DNA of 64,000 nt from the human T2T-CHM13v2.0 reference genome, Homo sapiens. Shown here one piece after another: positions 52,431 through 64,000 of this stretch. Positions within the stretch are counted from its first letter, which is position 1, and each line of letters starts with the position of its first letter. The notes under the pieces were generated by a model that saw only the letters and a program-made list of their open reading frames with translations, ran no database searches and was not told the origin of the DNA. The position numbers were made by a program, and so were the translations under genes. Location: the NCBI RefSeq assembly GCF_009914755.1, contig NC_060932.1; one strand, written 5' to 3'.

Positions 52431-53169
52431 TGAAATTTCCATCTCTTCATTCAGGAAAAAATGTTGGTTGGACAACGGACAATCACCTCCTATCAAATCC
52501 ATAATTTGAAGATTGACTAAGTCACCTACTTTGCATTCAGATGTTGATAATTATCAAGCCAGCCTAGGTTAAAACAAGTTTTTTACCTTTTACAAATATA
52601 TTTTTTTAAGAATTGTGTATCTTGGGGACAAAACATTATAATAAGGTTAATGAGAAAAGGAGCAACACAAATCTGTTTTCATTAATCTTAACAGAGCTTT
52701 AATCACAGCACAGGGGGAAACAGCTGCTCTGGAAGGGAGACTAGGAGCAGATCAGTAGAAGCTGATTATCCATTAATGAGAGGGCTTTGGTGGGGAGCCC
52801 TGTGGAAAACCCACCAGACTCAATCCTGCCAGCCATTTGCTGAAGAGGTGGTGTATATGAATCGCTTGTTTGATGTAAAAAATTCAAAACAGATTCTTCT
52901 CAGCAGCCTGGGGACTGTCATACATCACTGATCTCTTATCTGTTTATGTTAAGGAAATAGCATCCTTCAGTAAGTAAATGTGTGTGGTATTTAATTAAAC
53001 TCATTGCTGAGCTCTGTGTGTGTGTGGCTAGTCCTCATTTGGGGATTATCGGACTGTTGCATTTTGCCTTTTTTCTCATTTTTTCCTTCTTCTAGCATTT
53101 CTTCCTCCAGCTCAGAATTGCAGGAGCTTTATGTTATATGGAGTATCATGGGAAGTACTTTAGCATTTT

Positions 53170-53315
53170 TTTTATTGCACACATTATTTAGAAAAGGAAA
53201 CTGAGGCTCAGAGAGCTGAAGTCACTTGTCCAATGTCCTCTAGCTTAAAGAATTATATTATTTAAACCTAGGTTCTGGGTGGTTTCATAGCCTAAGCTTG
53301 TAACCACTTATGCAA
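53170..53315 (-). mobile_element. MIR SINE fragment
   Basis: GGAAACTGAGGCTCAGAGAGCTGAAGTCACTTGTCCAATGTC. Confidence 0.8.
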
Positions 53316-53351
53316 TATGTGTATAAAGTAAAAACTAACTATGGTATATTG

Positions 53352-53518
53352 CGGTGGTTCTCAGAGTTAGTCCCCAGACCAGCAGCATCAGCATTGCCTG
53401 GGGACTTGTTAGAAATACAAATTGTTGGGCCCTGCCACAGATCTATCAGAAACTTAGGAATGCAGCCTGGGAAGCCCTCTGAGTGATTCAAATGGATGCT
53501 AAAGCTTGAGAGCCATTG
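53352..53518 (+). mobile_element. MER5A DNA transposon
   Basis: CGGTGGTTCTCAGAG...CCCCAGACCAGCAGCATCAGCATTGCCTGGGACTTGTTAGAAAT...AAAGCTTGAGAGCCATTG. Confidence 0.85.
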
Positions 53519-53519
53519 G

Positions 53520-53930
53520 TATTTAGTTGGTATGCTAGGTACTAAGAATTTAGAAAGACAAAAAAAAAATCGGTTCTTTGATTTTGGGGAGTTCAGAGTC
53601 TAGTAGAGAAGACTAAAATATAAAGACAATTATAATAATATTTTATTAGTGTATTATAAGTGCAGTGAGATAGTATACACAAAAAAATAGGAAAGTGCGG
53701 ATTAAGATACTAACCTGGGTGGGAAGTGAAAGCTTATTGGAAAATGTGATGCTTAAACTGAATCTTAAAGCATGAGAAGTCTCTGGCTGCAGTGACAGGA
53801 GAAAGTATTTTAGGCAGGGGGACAGCATAAACAGAAGATGAAATGAACATGAATACTGTCTATGAAACAGCAGTCACTTTGGGGATGCTGGAGTAGGAAG
53901 TATAATGAAGGAAGCAGTGATGAGTTCATG
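53520..53930 (-). mobile_element. L2 fragment
   Basis: TGCTAGGTACT...GGGAGTTCAGAGTCTAG...GAAAATGTGATGCTTAAACTGAATCTTAAAG...TTAGGCAGGGGGACAGCAT. Confidence 0.7.
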
Positions 53931-54939
53931 TGGCGGACAGTGAGCTGCCCTCTGTCACTCTGCAATTTGACCCCCACCTGCTGAAGCTCAGGAGTTTGGC
54001 TTCTTGAAGCCCTGGCTTGGATATTTTACAGTCATTTGTCAATTTATGGCATTTACAACTGCCTTGTGGTTCCAGATGAGGGGCACCACATATCACAAAG
54101 GCTTGTTCTTCATGATCTATTGAGCACCCAGTAATTCATGCACGTTATTTATACCACTCACTCATTTCTCCTTCTTTCTCATGAAGTCGTCCATGCCATT
54201 AACATTAGCTAGCAGACATCAAGCTGCCTAGTGGATAAAATGTTGTTTGACAAGGGCTCAGTGGCTAGGGATGTAACTCATAGTTTTTATCATAAATTTC
54301 AACTCAATTATTTGTTTTCCCAGGTAATCTATCAGTGAATAATATACCCACATCACAGGACTTTGGCCTGTGAATTTGGTCTGTTTTCCAGACCAGTATT
54401 TTAGCATGGGCATGGGTGACATTTGAGCACTTAAAATAAAATAATGCAGCTACATTCTCTCTGGCATGGTGGAATGAACATGGAATTGGGAATAAGAGAG
54501 ACCAGGTTTCTAGCCCCAACTCTGTACTTTACAACTGTGTCCACTAAATGACATTGGAAGGCCTATTTGTTAATCCTGTGAAGCTTCATTTTTTAAAAAT
54601 CTGCATTGGCTCTCCAAAATGTGCCTGGAAGTTGCTGCAATTCTCAGAATGTCTGAGAAGCTCCCCAACAGTCTTAGTCTGCAGCCATGAGGCAAATAAT
54701 TCTCAGCAATTTTCTAGGAAGCTGCTTTGATACTCACATGTGCATGTTCATCTGGCAGCCACCACCTCCAGAGAATAAAGCTTCCGATTTACTTCCACTT
54801 TCCAGACTCCACAGATGTTCCTCTCCTTGGCAAAATGTAGCCCAGATCTAAATGGAAGGTGATTCTGAGACATGTAGTTGGCAACCTTAGCAGGACATGG
54901 TGGTGCCACCCGGTTGATAACAGACATCTCAGCCCACTT

Positions 54940-55420
54940 TCCACTACACAGGAGCCAAATGATCTTCTTTAAATCCCAAAACAGAGTATTTCACAACCAG
55001 GCTTCAAATGACTCAGTGGCTTCCCATTTCTCTTAGAATAAAACCCAAATTCATCCGGATGGCCTGAAAAGCTTGTCCAGCCGATCTCTTCAATTTCATC
55101 TAATTCTAGCTTTCCCTTTCATCATTATGTACAGCCAAACTGACTTTTATTCCTTTTTTTTAACATGCCAAACATTTTACCACCTCAAAATTCTTATAGT
55201 TACTGTTCCTTCTGTTTAGAATATCTTCCACCTTGATTTTTCTTATCCTTTTATCTCAACACTCTAAAGAGTCCTCCCCCAGTTTCTTTTTGTCGCCCCT
55301 TTTGTTTTCTTCAGTGGATTTATTGCAATCTGCTCTTTTTGTGTGTTTAGTTATTATCTGTCACACTCACTGGAATATAAGCTCAGTGAAAGCTGGTACT
55401 ATATTTATCAATTGCCCCCC
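54940..55420 (+). mobile_element. L2 fragment
   Basis: GATCTTCTTTAAA...CAGTGGCTTCCCATTTCTCTTAGAATAAAACCCAAA...CACTGGAATATAAGCTCAGTGAAAGC. Confidence 0.7.
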
Positions 55421-56149
55421 TAGTTCTCTGTCTTGGCTTAGTTACCAATTTTCCTCTTGGAACATAGATCATCATAGGCTGAATTTGCTGCTTCAAATAA
55501 TCAGAGGGCATCAGTTTTTTTAGTGCTCAAGATCCTATAGTTATTGTACCAGCCTTAATGAAAGTACAAAGGAGATAAGGGCAAGACGTGCTCTTTGCAA
55601 TGCTTAAACAGTTTTAGTATATCTCAAGCAAAGAATCCTAATAAATCCAAAATTCGACAGCTTTTTACTGTTGGTGTTCTACAACCTCTCTTTCCTCTCA
55701 CTACCTGGAATAGTCAGAAATCTCATGTTAATTTATGAACCCTGATGTCATCATCAGGACTGGACTGTGGACTGAAAGAAGATAAATACCAATAATAATT
55801 ACCAAATGTTGGATAACTATCATATGCCAACAATATGATAAATTATTTATGAACCTCACAATATTGCATGGAAAATAATTATCTCACTTTTCCAAATTAT
55901 TTTTGTAATTTTTCTAATTTTTAAAATAATTTTCTAATAATTTTTAAAAATTATTTTTATAAAAATTAAGAACTTGACCAAAGTCACAGAGGTTATTTGA
56001 GGTTAAACTAGGGTTTAAATCTTGGTCAGTTTGGTTCTAACGCCCAAATTTACTTCCCTGTTTCTGCCGTATTCTAGGTCTCTTTTGATTTTATAATACG
56101 TTGTGTTCGTGATAGCATTATTTATCTCACCCTGTATTCACACTCTTTG

Positions 56150-56621
56150 TCGTTTTACTCTGGGTTAAGCTGTAAGACTGCTGTTTAGACTGGCTTTGGC
56201 CAATAGAATGAGGTAGGAGTTCTAGATCTGAGCCTGGTCCTCACATGAGTATGCTCACCCTCTTATTTGTCTGCCTAGACTAGTTCTTTGGTTTAGGAGA
56301 GAATGAGAGACACATCAATGCAGAGCCATCCTCAACTAGACCCAGCCATGCTTCTCCAACCCCCCAAAAGGCTATACTCATGTGAGAGCTCATCCAAGTA
56401 CAGCAGTACAGCCCAGTTGAGCCCAAACAAGATCAATGAAGCCTCAGGAAACCAAACACAGTCAATAAGCCCAACCAAGGTCAGCAGAACAGTCTAGCTG
56501 AGCCCAGCCTGGATAAGCCAATTCCTAGCTGACTCATACGCTCAAAAAAATGATAAATGATTGCCATTTTAACCATGGTATGCCGGGGTTGTTTCTTTCA
56601 CAGTAATAACAAATTGATACA
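56150..56621 (+). mobile_element. MLT1H/G-like LTR
   Basis: GACTGGCTTTGGCCAATAGAATGAGGTAG...GCTGAGCCCAGCC...ATAAATGATTGCCATTTTAACC...AATAACAAATTGATACA. Confidence 0.7.
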
Positions 56622-56664
56622 GACACTAATTAGCTCTGCAAATGTGCTTAAAAATAATGCTTAC

Positions 56665-56880
56665 AACCATTTAATAAGACTTTATGTATGAGACACAGTG
56701 CAGAACACTTTACATTCATTATCCCTTTAGATCTTATTCAAAACCTCTCTGAGGGTTTCACAGATGAGAAAAATTAGATGAATAGAAATGAAATAACTTA
56801 GTCAAGTTTACACAGCTTGTTTAAGTGGCAGAGTTGGAATTTAAACCTAAGTCTATCTGGCTCTGAAGTTGTTCTTTTTT
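56665..56880 (-). mobile_element. MIR SINE
   Basis: TTTCACAGATGAGAAAATT...AAATAACTTAGTCAAGTTTACACAGC...AAGTGGCAGAGTTGGAATTTAAACC. Confidence 0.8.
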
Positions 56881-57189
56881 TGTTTTACCAGGTTGACTTT
56901 ATTCATAATCTAGACTTCACATAGAAAATAATCAGCTGTGTGAATATGACTGAGTTCTCTGGGTCCATTTTCTTCAACTACAAACTAGAGGGAACTAAAT
57001 ATCTTTTTTTCTTCTTACCTTCTTTGGTTCTATGTTCCTACATACAAAAGTTATTTGAGGGCAGTTGGAGTTAAAGCATGTATGCAGTTTGATGATAATG
57101 ATGATGACGATGACAATGACAACATATATCACAGAGATGAAAGCATGGACATACTTTTTCCAAGAAAGAGAACTAAGACAATTGTTGCA

Positions 57190-58400
57190 AGTGAGTGTAA
57201 AAATTAACTCTGAAAACTTATATGTAAAACAGAGGAATAAATCTGGGCCACAAAATCTTCCTTTCTAATGCAATAAACAACAACAACAACAGCAACAAAA
57301 AAGTGTCAGCCAAGAATATCAAATTTATCAAATAAGCAAGAAACTAGATATAACGTGGGGCTTCAAAGAGCGGATTTCAAGATCTCAGCAGAGGCACATG
57401 CCTTTGTGCACTCTTCTGCCCTCTCTCCTATCTCTATATGCAACACATATACAAAGGACATCTCTCTCTATATATCTATATCTCATACACATAAACTATC
57501 ATATATGTGCCATTATATGTATATATATTCACATACATATTCCATATAAAATATGGATTCAATAATTAAGAGTTAAAATATGACTAAATAAGAGAATAAT
57601 ATGAAAAAGGAGATAGATGACAAAATAATACCATTGTAGAACTAATATGTAAATTAGGAACAACAAGAAACAGATGAGACATATCAGGAAATTGAAATTA
57701 GTTACAAAAGAAAGCTTCGTGGTATCATAGGAATTGTCAATAAAGGGCTCTTAAAAAATAAAAAGTTCTTAGAGACTTGACAATACATAGTGTGGTTACA
57801 TCGAACAGAACTGCAGCCACCCAGGCATAAAGGGAAATTTGCTTATAAGGAGGAAAATCAAATTTACCTCAATGTTCTCTGTAGCACCAATTATGCCAGA
57901 AGACAATTGAGCCAAGTTTGCATAATTCTAAAAGAAAATTAAACACAGTGTAAAAGTATATCAAATACAAAGTCACAGGGAGATATTCTTGAACAAGAGC
58001 CCTTCTTAGCAAAAATAATTGATGAAATCCTGTAAACCAAAAAGGCATTGTGAAGAGAACTAGCAAAGTAGTAAAGAAATATGTGTAAGCAGTTCAGAAA
58101 TACTTTTGCTGCCAGTGCAATTCCTTTATCTTTTGATAAGTTAGAAAAAGTATTTTAAATAATATGAAATATAGTCCATAACAGAAATATTTTAAGGCAT
58201 ACAGATTATAAGATAGTTATATAATTTTTATTCTCATGGCTATATTAAGATAGATATCTTGAATACTATGTAATGTTAATTATTAATATTTATAGAGGTG
58301 GTTTTAGATGATTTTATTAACTTGTTATTTGTTGCTATTTCTTGATTTTTGAAAATATGTACATGTAAATATATAGTTAATTCATCATTATTATATTTAA
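57190..58400 (+). mobile_element. Very old L1/HAL1-like A-rich fragments
   Basis: Strong A bias and ORF1-like text, but too diverged to assign a family. Confidence 0.3.
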
Positions 58401-58428
58401 AGAGCAGAAGAAAAAAATTAGATCTTAA

Positions 58429-58466
58429 TGTGCACATGTACCCTAAAACTTAAAGTATAATAATAA
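58429..58466 (+). mobile_element. Extremely 5'-truncated young L1 (L1PA2/L1PA3/pre-Ta-like 3' terminus)
   Basis: TGTGCACATGTACCCTAAAACTTAAAGTATAATAATAAA, flanked by the perfect repeat AAAAAAATTAGATCTTAA (58411-28, 58467-84). Confidence 0.93.
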
Positions 58467-59039
58467 AAAAAAATTAGATCTTAACTTACTATAAGTAAGC
58501 TATAAGTAAGAGATGGTAGAGATGGAGAAATAGAAAAAGCAATAAAGAAAACTTTCTGTTAGTGTGGCATGGTAAAAGGAGCGTTCTCCTTCTATGAGCA
58601 TCTGTTACCTAGTAGATATTAGGAAAATCTGATTTTCCTCCTTATAAGCAACTTTCTCTTTATACCTGGGTGCCTAGCAGGTCTGTTGCAGGTAACCACA
58701 CTATTGCCAAGTCTCGAAGAATTTCTCTCTTATTATTGATCATCACTATGATATCACAAAGCTTTCTTTTGTAACTAATTTCAACTGGGTCTCTTGCTTT
58801 ACTCTCTATAACTTAGTTCCATCATCTACATGGGTGGGGATATGTTGTTACCTCAGAGTTGGCTGTAGTAATGAAATGAAACAATGTATGTGATAAGGTC
58901 AAAACAATTTTATGAATATGTTCACTTCTCTTCTCTCCTTCCCCTGACAAGCAGGAGTGTTCTGATTTTCCAAGACAAATCTTGGATTAAAGGATAGTTA
59001 ATGGAGAATACAGTGAAGAGAAAATGGAAAATAGCAGGG

Positions 59040-59530
59040 AGTACAGACCGCCCTTGGTAGTGGAATTGGTTACATGTGTTTCATTTGTTTAGGAAAAAAT
59101 GTGTCCAAATTACTGTCTGCAGTTGTAACCTCCCAGTTCCCATTCATGTGGTTCTAGGGTGGGGCTGAAATCTGGACTTGGGAGGTGGCACATATCTGCT
59201 TGTCCACGGTGATTCAGAAATAAACAAGTGGCATAAGTCAGATGGAACAGAGAGATTCCAGGGTCTTTGAAGGGCCTGAGGAAGACGATCTTTCTCTTCT
59301 GAATCTGAATCTAAGACACTGAAGCCTGGAACCACTCACCTCTGCATCTTGCCAATCAAAGAGAGAAGCCTCCTGAGAGTGGAACCAACACAAAGCCAAT
59401 ATCAGGAGGAAACAATTCAACCCATTGGATCCAGCAGGGCTCAACTTTGTGTTACTGAGCTAATTAATCCCCTTTTATTTGCAAGAGGAAGAGTTGGTTT
59501 AGCTATTTGCAATGCAAAGAGTCCTAATTG
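59040..59530 (+). mobile_element. Old MLT1 (MLT1K/L-like) LTR fragment
   Basis: GAGAGAAGCCTCCTGAGAGTGGAACCAACAC...CATTGGATCCAGC...TAATCCCCTTTTATTTGC...CTATTTGCAATGCAAAGAGTCCTAATTGA. Confidence 0.6.
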
Positions 59531-60365
59531 AACAGATGGGATTGTTTCTCTTTGTCTTTACATTTGTTTGTGTATTTGTTTTTGTTTGCTTGTTTAGTAC
59601 AGGTATGGAAGTAACTACAGTGTGTGAGACCACAGATGAGATAAAAAGAATATTGAGAAATATTTCTGGACACTATTGGTTTCCAGCGTGGAACCTGCCT
59701 GATGAACTTCAAGAAATATAAGCAGATGACTAACATTATTTTAAAATTAGCTTTAGTGGTATGAATTTTACTTTTTTCTCCACTTTTTAGTACTCTAGGA
59801 CTAAGAGCCATTGTTTGTGATTTTATTGCTAAAACATTGAAAACACCATTTTAAGGGCTTTGCTCATACCATTCTCTTATTTGGGAAAGTCATAACTCTT
59901 TCCCTGCCTTCCCTGCTGCACAAGCTCCCTTTGTTCAGACTATGCTCCTACCCAGGCTCCAGTACCACTCAGTTCCAGCATTTCCCCATCCATTAATGCC
60001 AACCTTTAGTTCACCAAATGGGCTCCCCTGCATGTCCGTGGCAACCACTTCTTACGTCTCTCAATACATTTGCCACTTGGTGATACAATAGTCTCCCACT
60101 AGGCTATAAGCTCTTTGAAGACAGGAATTCACCACATCATATTTCTGTTTTTAGTACTTATCACAGACCTGGCCTATGGTAGGTGCATGGGAAATCTTCT
60201 TTTAACCTCCTTTCTCCCCTCAAATTCACTCTCCCTATTTACCTATGCTATCTTGTTTATTGATGGCATCACCTCTTGCCCTGTGGTTCACACTCAGGTT
60301 TGGCTAATGGGAAGCAGGAGATAAAAGGGAGAGAAAGTGAGGTTGAGATGTTTTTCTGTTGACTT

Positions 60366-60396
60366 TTTCTACCAACCCACCGTGGGTTGGTAGAAA
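60366..60396. repeat. Perfect inverted repeat with 15-bp arms and a 1-nt spacer
   Basis: TTTCTACCAACCCAC-C-GTGGGTTGGTAGAAA. Confidence 0.97.
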
Positions 60397-60419
60397 CTCT
60401 CTACTTGAGGCTAATAATG

Positions 60420-60819
60420 TGATGTATCTATCGCCCACCAGGTTACTTAAGGGGTGTATGTCTGCTGCCTAAACCCTAAAGGCTGGGTGCTGAACCAAGG
60501 CCCTGGTGCCCAGTGGAGGAGCAGGTATCCCTGAGAACCCAAACATTTGGAGAGTGTCTAAGAATCTACCAAGAAAACTAGTCTCATTGCTCAAACACAG
60601 TAGACAAAGAGCGAGAAAAGTAGCTTAAAAACAGTTTAGAGACAGAAGTAGTGCAGATCTCTAGAGCTGTCCTGCTGTAGTCCAGGAGTACCCTGTATGT
60701 AAGTTTTAATAAACTCATCTACTTGTCAAGCTGGACTTGTCTGAGTCATTCTTAGGTCTCTCAGCACCTTCCCAGTTTGGGGGTGGGGGACATTACAGTC
60801 CCAAGTCTTTCTTGTAACA
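60420..60819 (+). mobile_element. Class III ERV 5' LTR (LTR32-like)
   Basis: TG...CA termini, AATAAA at about 60708, immediately followed by a PBS. The text GAGAACCCAAACAT...TAATAAACTCATCTACTTGTCAAGCTGGACTTGTC matches my recollection of LTR32. The 5' boundary is approximate. Confidence 0.75.
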
Positions 60820-60821
60820 AT

Positions 60822-60839
60822 TGGTGTCATGAATAGGAT
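60822..60839 (+). other. Retroviral primer binding site, tRNA-Ser(CGA)-like
   Basis: TGGTGTCATGAATAGGAT versus TGGCGTCACGAACAGGAT (complement of a human tRNA-Ser-CGA 3' end as recalled): 15/18 identical, all differences C>T, two of them at CpG. Confidence 0.7.
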
Positions 60840-61074
60840 CCAAGGAACCAAACGATGAGTCAGGAAGGAGTGTGTGCATGGGAAATCCGGGGTGGTTTGC
60901 AACATGCACCAAGGGTGGAGTTGCCTGACTGCTCAACCTCTGTGGGCCACCACGTGAGTACAAAGATGCTCAGAAAACTTTGGCAGGGACTGAGCACATA
61001 CTGTAAGAAGCTAAGATATTAAAGTATGGTAAGGACAGCAAATATGCTGTTGTTGCAATAAAACTGGCTCTCAA

Positions 61075-62689
<1,615 letters not shown>

Positions 62690-62690
<1 letters not shown>

Positions 62691-64000
62691 TAAAATATTG
62701 GTCACACTTCTGGGCTCATCAATAGAAAATAAAATATATGATATGGGGAAAGCATTGATGGACCTCAGTGAGCCTGATAAAATACAGACTGAGTCCAAAA
62801 GTAATCAAAAAACAAAAATGGGATGGGCCATATGGGTGCCTGTACACTTGCCCTAGCCCACACCAGCAATAAGCTTGAAGTGATACCACCTTCCAAGGGG
62901 AGACTCTGAAATCACCCAAACAATCCAAAAGTTACATAAGGTACAAATAGGCTGCCCCTAAGCCCCTCCAATAGCCCTTTAGGGGCCTGTGAAGAAGCCA
63001 GATGGCACTTGGAGAATGATGGTAGATTACTATGAGCTAAACAATATGGGGCCCCCTGAACATGCAGCTGTGCCTAATATTGCTCAACTGTTGGAGTAAG
63101 TGGTCCCTAAGCTGGGCAATGTCCATGCTGTGATTGACTTGGCTAATGCCTTTCCTAGTATTCTTTTAGCAGAAGATTCACAAAACCAGTTTGCCTTCAC
63201 TTAGGAGGGCCAACAGTGGACTCTCCAGATGCTACCACAAGGGTACCCGCACAGCTGCACCATTTGTCACAGTGTGATTGCACAGGACCTGTCTAGACTC
63301 TCTTTGCTTCCCTCGATTTCCCTGTTTCACTGTTTTAATGATAACACGTTGACCTCAGAGTCTCTTAGAGATCTGGAGACGGCTCTATAAACCATCTTGG
63401 ATGGCCTAAAGGACAGAAGCTAGAAAGTCAACCTCAAAAAGAAACAAGAGCCCAGCATAATCATCCAATTTTCAGGAGTTACCTGATTGGATAAGATGTG
63501 AAAAATACCAAGAGCTCTCATTAACAAGATAGCACAACAGTCTGTTCCCTAAACAGTAAACTAACTCCAGGTTTTCATAGGTTTACTGGGCTACTGGAGG
63601 ATATTCATTCCTCATTTGGCACAAATCCTACATTTGTTATGCACGCTAATAAAAAACAATAAAAATGGGACTGAACATGGAGAGCAAGAGGCATTCGACA
63701 AAACAAAAATATTGATAAAACAAGCTCAAGCACTAGAGACCCCATTGTCACAGCACCCTTTTATATTAAAAGTCACTAGAGATGTCACAAAGATAAATTG
63801 GGGTTTATGGCAAAAGCAACCAACAAAATGATACCTGAAGGGTTTTGGTGTTAATTATGAAAGAGGACAGAATCCTACAATATAGTCCTAGGGCAACAGT
63901 TACTGGCCATGTATAGGGCATTGCATCAAGTGGAGGCCACCACAGTAAAAGCTGCTTACCCCATAAAAGGGTGAACAGAAGGCCTCCTAGCTAAGCTCAC
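62690..64000 (+). mobile_element. Degenerate class III (ERVL/HERV-S-like) pol: reverse transcriptase and connection region, continuing past the window end
   Basis: Manual translation gives PVKKPDGTWRMMVDYYELNN, AVIDLANAFPSI, QNQFAFT*EGQQWT, LPQGYPHS..ICH and LQVFIGLLGYWRIFIPHLAQIL, with many stops and frameshifts. Confidence 0.9.

Overview
Primate (most likely human) intergenic or intronic DNA. It is AT-rich, CpG-depleted and mostly made of interspersed repeats. I find no intact protein-coding gene, RNA gene, CRISPR array or CpG island, and I cannot support a previously undescribed biological system. The one gene-derived feature is a processed pseudogene of KNOP1 (38020-39740, +). It has a 13-bp target-site duplication (TSD), a poly(A) tail, several frameshifts and a later AluSg-like insertion. 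Other large elements are an MLT2B/HERV-L 5' end (1-1847, -), a full THE1 provirus inserted into an AluJ (4853-7069, +), a 3'-truncated L1PB-type LINE (about 8270-13693, -), and a class III ERV (LTR32-like, tRNA-Ser PBS, 60420 to the window end, +). The most interesting observations concern how these elements arose: an exact 475-bp higher-order repeat in the L1 5'UTR, an apparently chimeric ERV, a tailless Alu fragment with a 15-bp TSD, a roughly 38-bp young L1 insertion, a proximal poly(A) site recorded in the KNOP1 retrocopy, a perfect 31-bp palindrome, and a few candidate CTCF/enhancer sites. Repeat subfamily names come from recalled consensus sequences and were not checked with RepeatMasker/Dfam. 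Boundaries of old elements are approximate.
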